DNA of 63,015 nt, counting the filler, from Reclinomonas americana ATCC 50394 (taxonomy: Eukaryota): NCBI GenBank assembly GCA_048213135.1. It is 10 parts of 10 records of this genome, joined end to end, with 100 filler letters (N's around TTAATTAATTAA, not from the genome) between each part and the next. Parts side by side here need not be neighbours in the genome. Positions count along the whole stretch, not along the records: positions 60,289 to 63,015 come from AFZH01017381.1; 9 more parts are not named here. The stretch is one strand, 5' to 3'. This document shows, in pieces, positions 62,575 to 63,015 of the stretch. The notes under the pieces are model-generated. The model saw only the letters and a list, made by a program, of their open reading frames with translations, searched no databases and had not been told where the DNA came from. A program made the translations under genes and the position numbers. How positions within the stretch are numbered: position 1 is the first letter of the stretch; every line of letters begins with the position of its first letter.

Positions 62575-63015
62575 ATGCGTAACTACCGCAACTTCAGCAA
62601 GACTAGCAAGTCACCCCGGCGCCCCTTCGAGAAGGAGCGCATTGACTCCGAGCTGAAGCTCGTCGGCCAGTATGGCCTGCGCTGCAAGCGAGAGGTGAGA
62701 AAGAGAGAGACTCAGCGGAGAAGTCGACAGTGACCAGTCATGACCGCCATGTTGTGCTCACACGCACTCCTGTCGCATGATTCAGCTCTGGCGCGTCCAG
62801 TTCACTCTGGCCAAGATCCGTAAGGCCGCTCGTCAGCTGCTGACTCTGCCCGAGAAGGACCCGAAGCGCATTTTCGAGGTGAGAGAGCAAACGGAGAGAG
62901 AGAGAGAGAAAGAGCAGATGCGTGGTGTGCAGCAGCGAAAGCAGGCGCACAGAGATGAATGCGCGCAGCGTGTGATGGATGCTGGTTCTTATGTGCAGCG
63001 CGAGAGAAAGAGGGT
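62575..63015 (+). CDS. RPS9: 40S ribosomal protein S9 (uS4), first two coding exons; runs off the window
   Basis: [71 protein letters not shown]. Confidence 0.97.

Overview
Gene-dense, intron-rich nuclear DNA of a flagellated microbial eukaryote: IFT43 and CCDC96 are present, most introns are about 60-100 nt, and CA/GA microsatellites are common. The window is a scaffold interrupted by nine artificial 100-bp spacers (N44-TTAATTAATTAA-N44). TUL1 and tepsin continue across spacers, so contig order appears real. About 25 protein genes were reconstructed by hand. Housekeeping and trafficking genes include TUL1/FLY-type RING ligase, a BRO1-domain protein, GH1 glycosidase, an MDR oxidoreductase, an ARM-repeat protein, RPB6, a Nudix hydrolase, HPS4, a mitochondrion-targeted TOP2, IFT43, tepsin, CCDC96, SPT7, NIP7 and RPS9. 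Two observations stand out. (1) Two NLR-like STAND proteins share one N-terminal HEPN (RxxxxH) putative RNase effector but have different engines and sensors: HEPN-NB-ARC-TPR, and [2x ubiquitin-like]-HEPN-NACHT-pentapeptide-WD40. (2) At least 22 introns appear to use an atypical 5' splice site, H|GTTG(C/A)G. This is the organism's normal G|GTG(C/A)G consensus shifted by one base, with neither -1G nor +5G. Also notable are a one-repeat-per-exon ARM gene, an EcKL/APH kinase-DUF1349 fusion and an LRR-like relic inside a GH1 intron. All gene models are manual and untested.
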